DNA from: Mobula birostris
Taxonomy: Eukaryota
DNA length: 64,000 nt
NCBI RefSeq assembly: GCF_030028105.1
Contig: NC_092370.1
Location: 220,702,005-220,766,004 of the forward strand
Direction of reading: 5' to 3'
Below, piece after piece: positions 1 to 10,967 of this stretch. Position numbers and translations under genes: made by a program. The notes beneath the pieces were generated by a model. It was not told where the DNA came from and ran no database searches. It was given only the letters and a program-made list of their open reading frames with translations. Every line of letters starts with the position of its first letter. Position 1 is the first letter of the stretch.

Positions 1-1120
1 AAGTCAACGAGCTCAGCATGTGTGCAGGAAGCAGCGCCAATGCAGTCGTCGATGTAGCGAAGGAAAAGTGGGGGACAGATACCACAATAGGTACGGAACA
101 TAGATTGTTCCACAAAGCCAACAAAAAGGCAGGCATAGCTAGGACCCATACGGGTGCCCATAGCTACACCTTTAGTTTGGAGGAGGTGGGAGGAGCCAAA
201 GGAGAAATTATTGAGAATAAGGACTAATTCCGCTAGACGGAGCAGAGTGGTGGTAGAGGGGAACTGATTAGGTCTGGAATCCAAAAAGAAGCGGAGAGCT
301 TTGAGACCTTCCTGATGGGGGATGGAAGTATATAGGGACTGGACATCCATGGTGAAAATAAAGCAGTGGGGGCCAGGGAACTTAAAATCATCGAAAAGTT
401 TAAGAGCGTGAGAAGTGTCACGGACATAGGTAGGAAGGGATTGAACAAGAGGGGATAGAACCGTTTTGAGGTATGCAGAAACGAGTTCAGTGGGGCAGGA
501 GCAAGCTGAGACAGTAGGTCTGCCGGGACAGGCAGGTTTGTGGATCTTAGGTAGGAGGTAGAAACGGGAAGTGCGAGGTGTGGGGACTATAAGGTTGGTA
601 GCAGTGGATGGGAGATCCCCTGAGCGGATAAAGTCGGTGATGGTGTAGGAGACAATGGCCTGGTGCTCCTTAGTGGGGTCACGATCGAGGGGTAAATAAG
701 AGGAGGTATTTGCGAGTTGTCGCTGTGCCTTGGCGAGGTAGAGGTCAGTCCGCCAGACTACAACAGCACCCCCCTTATAGGTGGGTTTAATAGTAAGGTT
801 AGGATTAGTGTGGAGGGAGTGGAGAGCAGAGCGTTCGGAAGGAGTGAGGTTGGAATGGGAACAGGATGCGGCAAAGTCGAGACGGTTGATGTCCCGTCGG
901 CAGTTAGCGATAAAGAGATCCAGAGCAGGCAGAAGACCAGAGCAGGGTGTCCATGAAGAAGAGGAGGGTTGAAGACGGGAGAAGGGGTCATCGGTGGGAG
1001 TGGAAGAGTTCTTGCTGAAGAAGTAGGCTCAGAGACGGAGACGGCGGAAGAAGAGTTCCGCATCGTGGCGAACAGGGAACTCGCTGAGGTGTGGGCGATG
1101 GGGGACAAAGGTGAGGCCTT
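1..1120 (-). mobile_element. Penelope-like retroelement (PLE), reverse transcriptase fragment in a NEK9 intron
   Basis: Minus strand reads PKIHKP..PGRP, FTMDVQSLYTSIPHQEG, KGVAMGTRMGPSYACLF and RYIDD (~45-60), typical PLE RT motifs. Runs off the window start. Confidence 0.85.
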
Positions 1121-1170
1121 TAATGATGTTCTTTAATGATGTTCTGGTTAATGATGTTCTTCTGCCATAG

Positions 1171-1332
1171 GTGGACGTGCCAGTGAGCCTGAGCGTGGTG
1201 TCGGTGCAGTGTGGGTCTGATGGCACTTTCTTCGTCACCCAGAGTGGGAAGGTGCTGGCCTGTGGCAACAACGAGTACAACAAGCTCGGCCTCAACCACT
1301 ACATGAGGGGTCTCAGGACCCAGCACAGCAAG
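1171..1332 (+). CDS. NEK9: NEK9 internal exon (RCC1-repeat domain)
   Basis: ccatag|GTG acceptor, AAG|gtgagg donor, 162 nt, phase 0-0. [42 protein letters not shown] resembles human [42 protein letters not shown] (recalled). Confidence 0.95.
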
Positions 1333-1782
1333 GTGAGGGTGGGCTCAGCCCAGCCCATATCACCCCTCCGCTATAACCCCTCCCTGATACACGCACCTTC
1401 CCCTCCGTTTCCCTGATACCTTCTTCCACCCCGAAATACCACCTTCCCTGTCACCCTACCCTTGATGCATCACCCCTCCCCCGACACGTGCTGACATTGG
1501 TATTTCGGCTGTTTACACTGCGGGGGCTGATATGGGTGATAATGAAGGGGGGGTCATGGTGGGAAACCTCCCTTTTCCCCTGTGCCTTCTAGTATAAGCC
1601 CACGGCAAGGGCTGGGTCTTCAAGTGACGGGTGGGGTATCTCTGCCATGCGCTCTGCGTCCCGGAAGGTAGGGACAGCGAGCAGGTTAGAGGTGCGGTGG
1701 TGACCCCAGGGGAGGGGGTTAGCGAGCAGGTCAGAGCCAGCAGTGGTGACCCAACTACTCAGCTGCATTGTTCACTCTACAG

Positions 1783-1891
1783 CCTGACCAGGAGGTGCCC
1801 TACATGACAACACTGACCTTATCCAAGCAGCTGGCCATCTACAGGGTGAAGACCATCGCTGCAGGCAAGACCCACACTGCAGCCATTGACG
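1783..1891 (+). CDS. NEK9: NEK9 internal exon (RCC1 repeat)
   Basis: ctacag|CCT ... GAC G|gtgagc, 109 nt. [36 protein letters not shown]. Confidence 0.93.
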
Positions 1892-2299
1892 GTGAGCAAG
1901 TGGGAGAACGATGGGTGAAATGATCAAATCACAAGGAGATCCATGTAAAACCACATGGAGGTCCGTGTATCCCTCAGTCCAATGGGAATAGTGACAAACA
2001 AGGGGAACGTGAGGGGAAACTTCTTCACTCAGAGGGTGCAAGTGTGGAAGTGGTGGATGAGGATTCGATTGTAACATTTAAGAGATACTTGGATAAGTAT
2101 ATGGATGAGAGATATGGAGGACTATGGTTTGGGTTTGGGTCAGTGGGACTAATCAGAAGATTAGGCCAGCTCAGACTAAATGGGTTGAAGGGTCTGTTTC
2201 TTTGTTGTAGTGCTCTATGACCCGAACAGCAGAAATAAAAACTGAATATGTTAGAAGCACTGAATGGATCAGGCAACATCTGTTGATCCTGGAAATAAA

Positions 2300-2800
2300 A
2301 ATCAGGAGGTCCTTGCAGCTGTATAAAGTTTTAGTAAGACCATATTTGCAGTATTGTGTCCGGTTCCGGTCACCCCTCTATAAGAAGGATGTAAAGGCTT
2401 TGGAGAGGGTGCAGAAGAGCTTCACCAGGATGCTGCTTGGATTAGAGGGCATGAGCTTATCAGGAGAGGTTAGATGAACTTGGGTTGCTTTCTGTGGAGC
2501 AGCAGAGGCTTGGGGGAGAACTTACTAACTTGTATAAAATTATGAGAGGTACAGGTAGAGCAGACAGCTAGTCTTCTCCAGGGTGGAAATGTCAAACACT
2601 AGTGGACACAGCTTTAGGTGTGGGGGAGAGTTCAATTGGGGTTTATGAAGCAAGTATTTCACACAGAGAGTAATGGGTGGCTGGATTGTGCTGCTGAGGA
2701 TAGTGGATGAGGCTGATAGGATAGAGAATTAAAAGGCTCTTAAGCACATGAACTAACCTGGGTGGGGGAATGTTAGTTTAATTTGGCATCAAAGTCAGAA
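2300..2800 (+). mobile_element. CR1 LINE 3' fragment
   Basis: LYKVLVRPYLQYCVRFRSPLYKKDVKALERVQKSFTRML, the CR1 ORF2 C-terminal motif; degenerate. Confidence 0.8.
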
Positions 2801-3128
2801 CGGATCCTTGCTTAGAATTGTGACGAAGGTTTCTTCCTCGCCCATCACCGTACCTCATTCTGTCTCCATAGACACTGCCTAACCGGACGGCTGTTTTCAG
2901 CGCTACACCCACGCATGGCCTCCTACGCCAACCGACCCATGGAAGAAATCGTTAGGGAACTGGGGTGGGACAGGATCAACGTTACCCAGTGGTTCAGGGG
3001 TCAGTTGGGGCACACAGTTAACATCATCCTTGGATCAGGGCTGGAGAAGGGCACAGTCAACATTACCCCTGGGTCCAGGATCGGGGTGGGACAAGGGGTG
3101 ATTTAATGTGTCTGTGTCTGTTACATAG

Positions 3129-3290
3129 AACGAGGGCGCCTGTTGACGTTCGGCTGTAACAAGTACGGGCAGCTGGGTGTAGGAGACTACAGGAAACGAG
3201 ATGGCATCAACGTTCTGGTGGGGGCCCTTGGAGGGAAGCAGGTGACCAGAGTGTCGTGTGGAGACGGGTTCACCATCGCATCCACTGATG
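3129..3290 (+). CDS. NEK9: NEK9 internal exon (RCC1 repeat)
   Basis: acatag|AA ... GAT G|gtacgt, 162 nt. [54 protein letters not shown]. Confidence 0.95.
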
Positions 3291-3528
3291 GTACGTTAGG
3301 GAAAGTCGGATTTAGCCTACTCCTACATATGCATGTGCACGCACACATCTCACACACCCACACAGAGCATCACAAGTGTGTGCCTGCATACACAACATCA
3401 TGCATGAGGTTTCTGTGCTCCAATCCATGATCCCGTCTGGCATCCGTGCCCCGATCTTCGGGCTGCCTCCATCGAACCCCCCCCCCCCCAGTGTTGTGTC
3501 AGTGCTGATGACTCTGAATGTTTGGCAG

Positions 3529-3699
3529 ATAACCAGATCTTCGCCTGGGGTAACGGAGGGAATGGTCGGCTTGGAATGACAGTCAACGAGAAAGGGTTCG
3601 GCTCAGAGATCTGCACCTCATGGCCGCGGCCCATCTTCGGTTCACTGCACAACGTATCAGACTTGTCCTGTAGGGGCTGGCATACCATCCTCATAGCTG
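3529..3699 (+). CDS. NEK9: NEK9 internal exon (last RCC1 repeat)
   Basis: tggcag|AT ... GCT G|gtgagt, 171 nt. [17 protein letters not shown]...[29 protein letters not shown]. Confidence 0.95.
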
Positions 3700-4146
3700 G
3701 TGAGTGCCTGCGGCTGGCCGATACCGTCTCCCCCTGGTCACCCCGCCCCCAACAGCCCAAGGCTCCTTCCCCTCCCACCATGCAATACTCCCTCAGTACT
3801 GCTCCCTACCGCAATGTGACCCTTCCTCAGTACCACCCCCCCCCCCCACAGTGGGATGCTCCCTCAGTACCACCAACTCCCAGGTAGTCTACATTCCCAG
3901 TGTAGGATGGAGTCTTTCCCTGCTCTCTGGTCTGGATTGGTGGCACTGACGGATGGGTGCCTGTATTCCCAGTTAGTGCCCAGGATGTGCAGAGTATGGT
4001 TCACCTGTACTGCTAGCAGTCTCAGTGAGGTCTGCGGATGTGGGTGAGATCCTGTCTCCCGTCTCAAGGGCACCCGGTACTCTGCAGGGTGGGCATGATG
4101 CATGGAACAGTCTCCAGAAACCCACTCCCTGGTCTTGCCATTCCAG

Positions 4147-4206
4147 AAATCGTGTTTGTGTCCAAAACCATTCGCTCCAACAGCAGTGGGCTCTCCATTG
4201 GAGCTG
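4147..4206 (+). CDS. NEK9: NEK9 internal exon
   Basis: ttccag|AA ... GCT G|gtgagt, 60 nt. EIVFVSKTIRSNSSGLSIGA; human has SKTIRSNSSGLSIGT. Confidence 0.93.
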
Positions 4207-4815
4207 GTGAGTACCGCGTAGCATCGCTGAACCCAGCAGACACTGTCAGTGTTGGTGTGCGACTGACGTGTCATGTGGAACGAGTGTCGTACTGTGTGTG
4301 CTACAGTCAGTGTGCACCGTCACATGTGATAGGGTGAATGTGTGTTAGTGGCACTTAATTTAAAATGTGTGATCACGGAGAATAACAGGATATGTTGTGT
4401 GTAACATTGTGTTTAATACTGTGTGTGTGTGAGATACTGGGTGTAATATATGTAGGGGAGTGAACTACAATCAGTGAATGGGTGTAATTGTCATGTGTGT
4501 ACTGTGTGTGTATGTATTCACTGTCCAGGGTTTGGGGTGAGGGTGGTCAGTGTCCAGTGGCTCTTCCCTTAAGATCAGTGGATGGGGCTTTAGGAGGTTG
4601 TAACTGGTTTCCTGATCCTTCCCTTCACCCTGGATACCTCTCTCATCCCTCCCTCCACCCTGGATACCTCTCTCATCCCTCCCTCCCTTGCCCTGCCCCT
4701 GGGACCCTCCCTCCTTCACCCTTCCCCTGAGACCCTCCCTCACTCACCCTTCCCCTGAGACCCTCCCTCACTCACTCGCTTTCCCTTCCCTGGGCTGACC
4801 CTGTGGTGTGCCCAG

Positions 4816-4976
4816 TTACACAGGGCTCTCTGCCAGAGGACGACGCCGTCTCTGAGTGTGAGCGGCAAAACCGGATGAAACGAACGGCTGAGGACAGACG
4901 AGGCGTCGGCCTCTTCAACCGGCTCACCACCTCCAGCCAGCTGACTGACACCTCCTGCCCCCAGTGGCTACTACAG
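4816..4976 (+). CDS. NEK9: NEK9 internal exon (linker ending in SCPQWLLQ, first half of NEK6/7-docking region)
   Basis: gcccag|TT ... CAG|gtaggg, 161 nt, phase 1-0. End resembles human SCPGWLRK. Confidence 0.88.
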
Positions 4977-5241
4977 GTAGGGTGGAGCCTGGGGGTGGGG
5001 GAGGGGTCCACGTATGCATGGGTGTGGGTGTGGGGTGGAGGTGGATAGCTCATCTGGAGAAGATTGACTCTCTGTTTCCCCCAGAATGACTGCCCCACAC
5101 TCCCTCTCCACACAGACTGACCTTCCTCTCTGGGCATATGTGTCTGTGGTGTGCATGTCTGGGATATACGTGTGTGGGTGCACACCTGGGTGTATTCGAG
5201 TTGAGAAGTTGGTTTAATGCCTGCGCCCTATCATTCTGCAG

Positions 5242-5412
5242 GAACTGGAGAATGCCGAGTTCATCCCAATTCCAGAGAGCCCAGCTGAAGCACCTAGGCA
5301 GCCATCCAGATCAGAGGCGGACACCCTTCCTTACGGGCAGCTGAGGGCGATGAAGGACAAGGAGGGTCAGCTGCTAGAGACAGATGTTTACTCTTCAACC
5401 CAGCATCTCTCG
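5242..5412 (+). CDS. NEK9: NEK9 exon copy A (ELENAEFIPIPESP...DTLPYGQL)
   Basis: ctgcag|GAA ... TCG|gtgtgt, 171 nt, phase 0-0. Resembles human ELENAEFIPMPDSP...DTLPYEEL. Donor position less certain than acceptor. Confidence 0.88.
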
Positions 5413-5654
5413 GTGTGTGTGTGTGTCCCTCTCCCCTCTCCTGTCTCCCCTCTCCCACTCCTGAGCACCTCTTGGTATGTGTCTCTCTCTCTTTGAACAA
5501 TGTCTCTCAGTGTTCTGCATGTGTGTCCACTGTCTCCTGCTCTGTGTATCAGATCCCATGTTTCCCTCAGTCTGTCCTGGTGAGTGTTGCTCAGTGTGTC
5601 CATGTGTGCCCGGTGTGTATGTCGAGGGACCAAAGGAGGGGTGGGTGTGTGTTC

Positions 5655-5685
<31 letters not shown>

Positions 5686-6156
5686 TGTCGACGTATCCAT
5701 GGGGTGGGTGCATGTATGTGTGTCCAGGTATCCATGGGGTGTGTTGTGTGTGTATCCGTCCACAGGCCACAGGTGTGTGCGTACACATCTGTGGCTGAGC
5801 CTGCCCAGTGTGCTTCCATGTGGTTGTCTACCTGTGTGTTCATGCTGTGCGTCAACCTGTGCAAAACAGTTTCTGCACACCCCGTGTACACCTCAGTCAT
5901 AGAACCACAGAGTCATACAGCATAGAAAAAGGCCCTTCAGCCAACTCATCCAGGCCAATACCCATGTAAGTCAGTTCCATTTGCCGGCATTTGGACCAGA
6001 TCCCTCTAACCTTTTGTGTCCATGTATGTGTCCAAGTGCCAAGTCCAAACTGTAGTTTCACCTCCCTCCATCACCCTCTGTGTGGAAAAACTTGACCCCT
6101 AGTTTCCCTTTAGATCTTTCCCCTTTCATCTTAAACCTGTGCCTCTTGGTTTAGAG

Positions 6157-6475
6157 CAAAACACACAAAGTGCTGGAGGAACTTAGCAGGTTAGGCAGCA
6201 TCTGTGGAAAAGGAAAAAAGTCGACCTTTCGGGCTGAGACCCTTCTTCAGGACTGGAAAGTAAGAGGGAAGAAGCCAGAATAAGACGGTTGGGGTGAGTG
6301 GAAGAAGGACAAGCTAGAAGGCGATAGATGAAGCCAGCTGGGGCAGGGAGGGTGGATGAAGTAAGAAGCTGGGAGGTGATAGGTGGAAAAGGTAAAGAGC
6401 TGGAGAAGAAGGTATGTGAAAGGAGAGGAGAGGAGACTATGGGAGAAAGGGAAGGAAGAGGGACATCACTCTAGA
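6157..6475 (-). mobile_element. Penelope-like terminal fragment with hammerhead-like motif
   Basis: Shares the ACACACAAA.TGCTGGAGGAACT..GCAGG..AGGCAGCATC end and purine-rich tract with 14530-15165 and 59660-61030. Confidence 0.7.
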
Positions 6476-7184
6476 TTTAGACACTCTTTGCCTGACACCT
6501 CAGCTTCCTTCACCCCAGGGAAAACATCTCCAGTCTATTCAGGATGCTGCCTGGTTTACAGAACACGTCTTATGAGGAGAGGTTGAGCAACCTGGGTCTT
6601 TTCTCTTTCGAGCAAAGGAGGATGAGAGGTGACTTGATAGAGTTGTATAAGATGCTAAGAGGCACATTGAGTGGATAGCCAGAGAATTTTTGCAAGGGAG
6701 GAGATGGCTAATACAAGAGGGCATAATTTTAAGGTGATTGGAGGAAAGTATAGGGGGGATGTCAGAGGTAAGTTCTTTACACAAAGCGGTGGATGCATGG
6801 ACCACGCTGCCAGGGTGGTGGTAGTGGTAGTGGCAGATACATTAGGACATTTAAGAAACTCATAGATAAGCACATGATTGATAGAAAACTGTAGGGCTAT
6901 GTGGGAGGGAAGTGTTCGATTGATCTTAGAGTAGGTTAAGGGGTCAACACAACATTGTGCTGTAATGTTCTATGCTGGACTCAGTGCCCTGACTGATAGA
7001 GGCAATTGGACTGACACCTCCTTTATCTCCCCCACCTCAACTGTCTCCCGTGTCTACGCAGACTGCATGTGTATCTGGGTATGTGTGTACATGTCACTCT
7101 GTGTTTCTGGGGCTCATGGGTTTTGCTGCATACTGTATGCGAGTTGAGAAACCAGTTTAACATCTGCGTCCTGTCACTCCGCAG

Positions 7185-7340
7185 GAACTGGAGAACACCG
7201 AGTTCATCGCAGTCCCAGAGAGCCCAGTGGAAGCAGCTAAGCCGCCATCTCGATCGAAGGCGGAAACCCTTCCCTATGGGCAGCCAAGGGCAATGGAGGA
7301 GAGGGGTCAGGCAGCGGGCTCGGCTGATGTGCCAGCTGTG
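7185..7340 (+). CDS. NEK9: NEK9 exon copy B, tandem duplicate of 5242-5412 (ELENTEFIAVPESP...ETLPYGQP)
   Basis: ccgcag|GAA ... GTG|gtaagg, 156 nt, open frame, phase 0-0. 27 of the first 37 aa identical to copy A, and the upstream intron is homologous too. Confidence 0.72.
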
Positions 7341-8570
7341 GTAAGGAGAGATGCGCTGTGCTTGAGTCTGTCAGTAGACAGGGGTTAGGGCTCAGGACTG
7401 TGTATGGAGAATGGGGGGTGGGTTCCTCAGTTTGTGGGCCCATGTCACTATGGGTGGGGCGGCTGGGCAGGGCACTGGGTTAGAGCAGCTACATTTTGTC
7501 CTCTGTACTGAGAGCTGCACAACCACCCTATGTCACAGGTCCAGGTCAGGAGCAGGGAGCACTCACTGCAGCAGAACCATGACAAGCAGGGAGAGATGGG
7601 AGCTGGGACCTGCGCCGTACATAGGGATCAGTTTTGGTACCTGATGAGCCCCTTATCTAAGAAAGGATGTGCTGACATCAGAGAGGGTCCAGAGGAGGTT
7701 CACAGGTGACACAGTAGCCATTGGATGTGCTGATGATGAGAGACAGGATAGGCTAGGTCTGTTCTTCTGGTACTGAGGATGGGGAGGTGTGTTGGTATTA
7801 CAAGAGGGTGAATGACTTGAGTGGTGAGATGTGTTTCTAGATGGCAGGGATATTTAATATCAGAGGAATGGACACAGATCTGGTATGAGGGAAGGCTGTT
7901 GTTATGAGGGAGTAGATCAGCTGGATGGTGAGAGATATTTCTACATGGAGAGCTGTCTGATGTCAGAGAGACATGGGTCTGATGTGTGAGGGAAGAGCTC
8001 GGAGGAGCTCTGGAGATTTTCAGCCGAAAGGTGGAGGGTGTCTGACTGTGCTCCCCGAGATGGTGTGGAGGCAGAGACTCCCAACCAATATAGGGGAAGT
8101 AACGGGAGCAGTTATTTATTGAAACATCTAGTGGGACCACACCCAAGAACTGCCTTAAAAGGGTGGGGTGGGGGGGGGTAGTGGACACAGTTACTAATGG
8201 GGAGTGGAGAGGAGATGGTGCGGGTGATGGTGTAGGGTGAGGTGGTTGTCATGGTTACCAGAGGGTGGAGGAGTTTTGAACCATGACCCACTAAGTGCCT
8301 CTGGTGACAGCAATCCCACAGACCATTGAGGGGAAGGGAGGTTGGGTTACAGCAGGTGGCTAAGACACTCACCAATAGGGTTGGGCATATATCTGGTTAA
8401 CGGGGTTACCTGTGGGTAGGGGATCTGGTTACCTGGTCCCTGGTCACCGGTGATGGGGACGGGGAGAGGAGGGGTGAGATGACTGGAGCTGGGAGGGATG
8501 CCTGGTGCAATTGATTGAATGTGTTCCCCCCTGCACCCCGGGTGTCTCTCCCCCACCCCTCCCCATGCAG

Positions 8571-8768
8571 GTGAATGGAGCAGACTTAGGGGACGGTTCC
8601 ACATTTCCCAGGCAACGGTGTGTGTGTAGTGAAGTACAGGCAGAGCTCGGACAGCTGGAGCAACGACTGACAGAGTGCGTCAGGCGGCAGCAGGCATTGG
8701 AAGAGGAGAACCGGCACTCTGGGGCTGAGATCCACCGCCTGAGTGAGGTGCTGGAGTTACTTTCCCGG
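8571..8768 (+). CDS. NEK9: NEK9 exon (coiled coil)
   Basis: atgcag|GTG ... CGG|gtatgt, 198 nt. CVCSEVQAELGQLEQRLTECVRRQQALEEEN resembles human [31 protein letters not shown]. Confidence 0.9.
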
Positions 8769-8904
8769 GTATGTGTGCGTTCGCTATCACCAACGCCTTC
8801 CTATACGAACCGCCCCACAGCCTCATCCTTAGCACAACAGGACTGAGAGAGAGATGCAGGGTGACTAGGCTCTCTCCAGCCTGCGCCGCTACCTGCAACG
8901 CACG

Positions 8905-10320
8905 GAACTCCCACCCCACTCCCTGCACTCCATGCTGCCTCACTCCCTACACCCACGTCCTATTCCCTCCAGCCCACCCCATTCTGCCTCACTCCCTACA
9001 GCTCCGTCCTGCTGCCTCCAGCCCACCCCATTCCCTGCACCCCATTCTGCCTCATTTCCTCCAGCCCACCCCACTCCCTGCACTCCATGCTGCCTCACTC
9101 CCTACACCCACGTCCTGTTCCCTCCAGTCCACCCCACTCCCTGCACTCCATGCTGCCTCACTCCCTACACCCACGTCCTGTTCCCTCCAGCTCACCCCAC
9201 TCCCTGCACTCCATGCTGCCTCACTCCCTACACCCACGTCCTGTTCCCTCCAGCTCACCCCACTCCCTGCACTCCATGCTGCCTCACTCCCTACACCCAC
9301 GTCCTGTTCCCTCCAGTCCACCCCACTCCCTGCACTCCATGCTGCCTCACTCCCTACACCCACGTCCTGTTCCCTCCAGTCCACCCCACTCCCTGTACTC
9401 CATGCTGCCTCACTCCCTACACCCACGTCCTGTTCCCTCCAGCTCACCCCACTCCCTGCACTCCATGCTGCCTCACTCCCTACACCCACGTCCTGTTCCC
9501 TCCAGCTCACCCCACTCCCTGCACTCCATGCTGCCTCACTCCCTACACCCACGTCCTGTTCCCTCCAGCTCACCCCACTCCCTGCACTCCATGCTGCCTC
9601 ACTCCCTACACCCACGTCCTGTTCCCTCCAGTCCACCCCACTCCCTGCACTCCATGCTGCCTCACTCCCTACACCCACGTCCTGTTCCCTCCAGCTCACC
9701 CCACTCCCTGCACTCCATGCTGCCTCACTCCCTACACCCACGTCCTGTTCCCTCCAGTCCACCCCACTCCCTGCACTCCATGCTGCCTCACTCCCTACAC
9801 CCACGTCCTGTTCCCTCCAGCTCACCCCACTCCCTGCACTCCATGCTGCCTCACTCCCTACACCCACGTCCTGTTCCCTCCAGTCCACCCCACTCCCTGC
9901 ACTCCATGCTGCCTCACTCCCTACACCCACGTCCTGTTCCCTCCAGTCCACCCCACTCCCTGCACTCCATGCTGCCTCACTCCCTACACCCACGTCCTGT
10001 TCCCTCCAGCTCACCCCACTCCCTGCACTCCATGCTGCCTCACTCCCTACACCCACGTCCTGTTCCCTCCAGCTCACCCCACGCCCTGCACTCCATGCTG
10101 CCTCACTTCCTACAGCTCCGTCCTGCTGCCTCCAGCTCACCCCACTCCCTGCACTCCATGCTGCCTCACTCCCTACACCCACGTTCTGTTCCCTCCAGCC
10201 CACCCCATTCTGCCTCATTTCCTCCAGCCTGCCCCCACGCCCTGCACCCCATGCTGCCTCACTCCCCACAGCTCTGTCCTGCTGCCTCCAGCCCACCCCA
10301 CTCCCTGCACCCTATCCCAT
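8905..10320. repeat. 63-bp minisatellite (about 17 near-perfect units at 9071-10140 plus degenerate flanks)
   Basis: Unit CCACTCCCTGCACTCCATGCTGCCTCACTCCCTACACCCACGTCCTGTTCCCTCCAG(CT/TC)CACC recurs every 63 bp (9071, 9134, ...). Confidence 0.97.
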
Positions 10321-10384
10321 TCCCTACCCCTCAGCTCACTCTGATGTTCCCCACTGAAACCCCTTGTCTCTTCTGTTATGACAG

Positions 10385-10438
10385 ATGGAACAGAGGCTGA
10401 AGGTTAATGAGGAGACGGTGAATCATTTGGAACAGCAG
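10385..10438 (+). CDS. NEK9: NEK9 probable small coiled-coil exon (MEQRLKVNEETVNHLEQQ)
   Basis: Pyrimidine tract + tgacag|ATG ... CAG|gtcagt, 54 nt, phase 0-0, heptad-like composition. No recalled human counterpart. Confidence 0.65.
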
Positions 10439-10594
10439 GTCAGTGGACACCTCCCCCCACCACTAACCCCAGGGTGCGGGACCATGTTCCCCAGGGCTTT
10501 TAGTGGAGTCCCTTCCGTGCTTGGGTTCTGTCAGAATGCTGTGCCAGTGGCATGGGTTTGAGTCCCAGTTTGCATGTACAGTTCTGTATGTCCA

Positions 10595-10967
10595 CTGTCC
10601 ACCTGTACTCTGTGTTAAGTGATGGTGCTCCCTGTCTCCTATTCTGTCTGTACTCGCATTGGGTGGTGATGCCCTCTGTCCTCTTGTCCCTCTGCATTCT
10701 GCACTGGGTGCCCTTTGTCCACTTGTCCATCTGTACTCTGTACTGAGTGACGATGCTCCCTGCCTATTAGTCCACATAGTCTTGCATTGGGTGACTGTGT
10801 TCACTGCCCGCCTGTACTTTGTGCTTGATGACGATGCCATTTGCCTACTGGTCAGCCTGTACTTTGCACTGGGTGACTAGTTTGCCTGTATTCTGTGCTG
10901 GGTGACAATGTCCTTTACCCACTAATCTGCCTGTACTCTGCGCTGTGACGATGCCCTTTGTCTACAG
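10595..10967. repeat. Degenerate ~45-bp tandem repeat (about 9 units)
   Basis: Recurrent CCTGTACTCTGTGCTGGGTGACGATGCCCTTTGTCCAC-like unit; the last unit ends at the NEK9 acceptor. Confidence 0.75.

Noticed and set aside
5388-5925. Cys/Val- and His/Thr-rich ORFs
   Set aside because: Translation of GT/CA simple-repeat sequence.
9071-10140. Regular repeat array resembling CRISPR
   Set aside because: Head-to-tail units with no unique spacers, in a eukaryotic intron.
8771-10400. Long 414-528 aa ORFs on both strands
   Set aside because: Produced by the stop-free 63-bp minisatellite inside a NEK9 intron.
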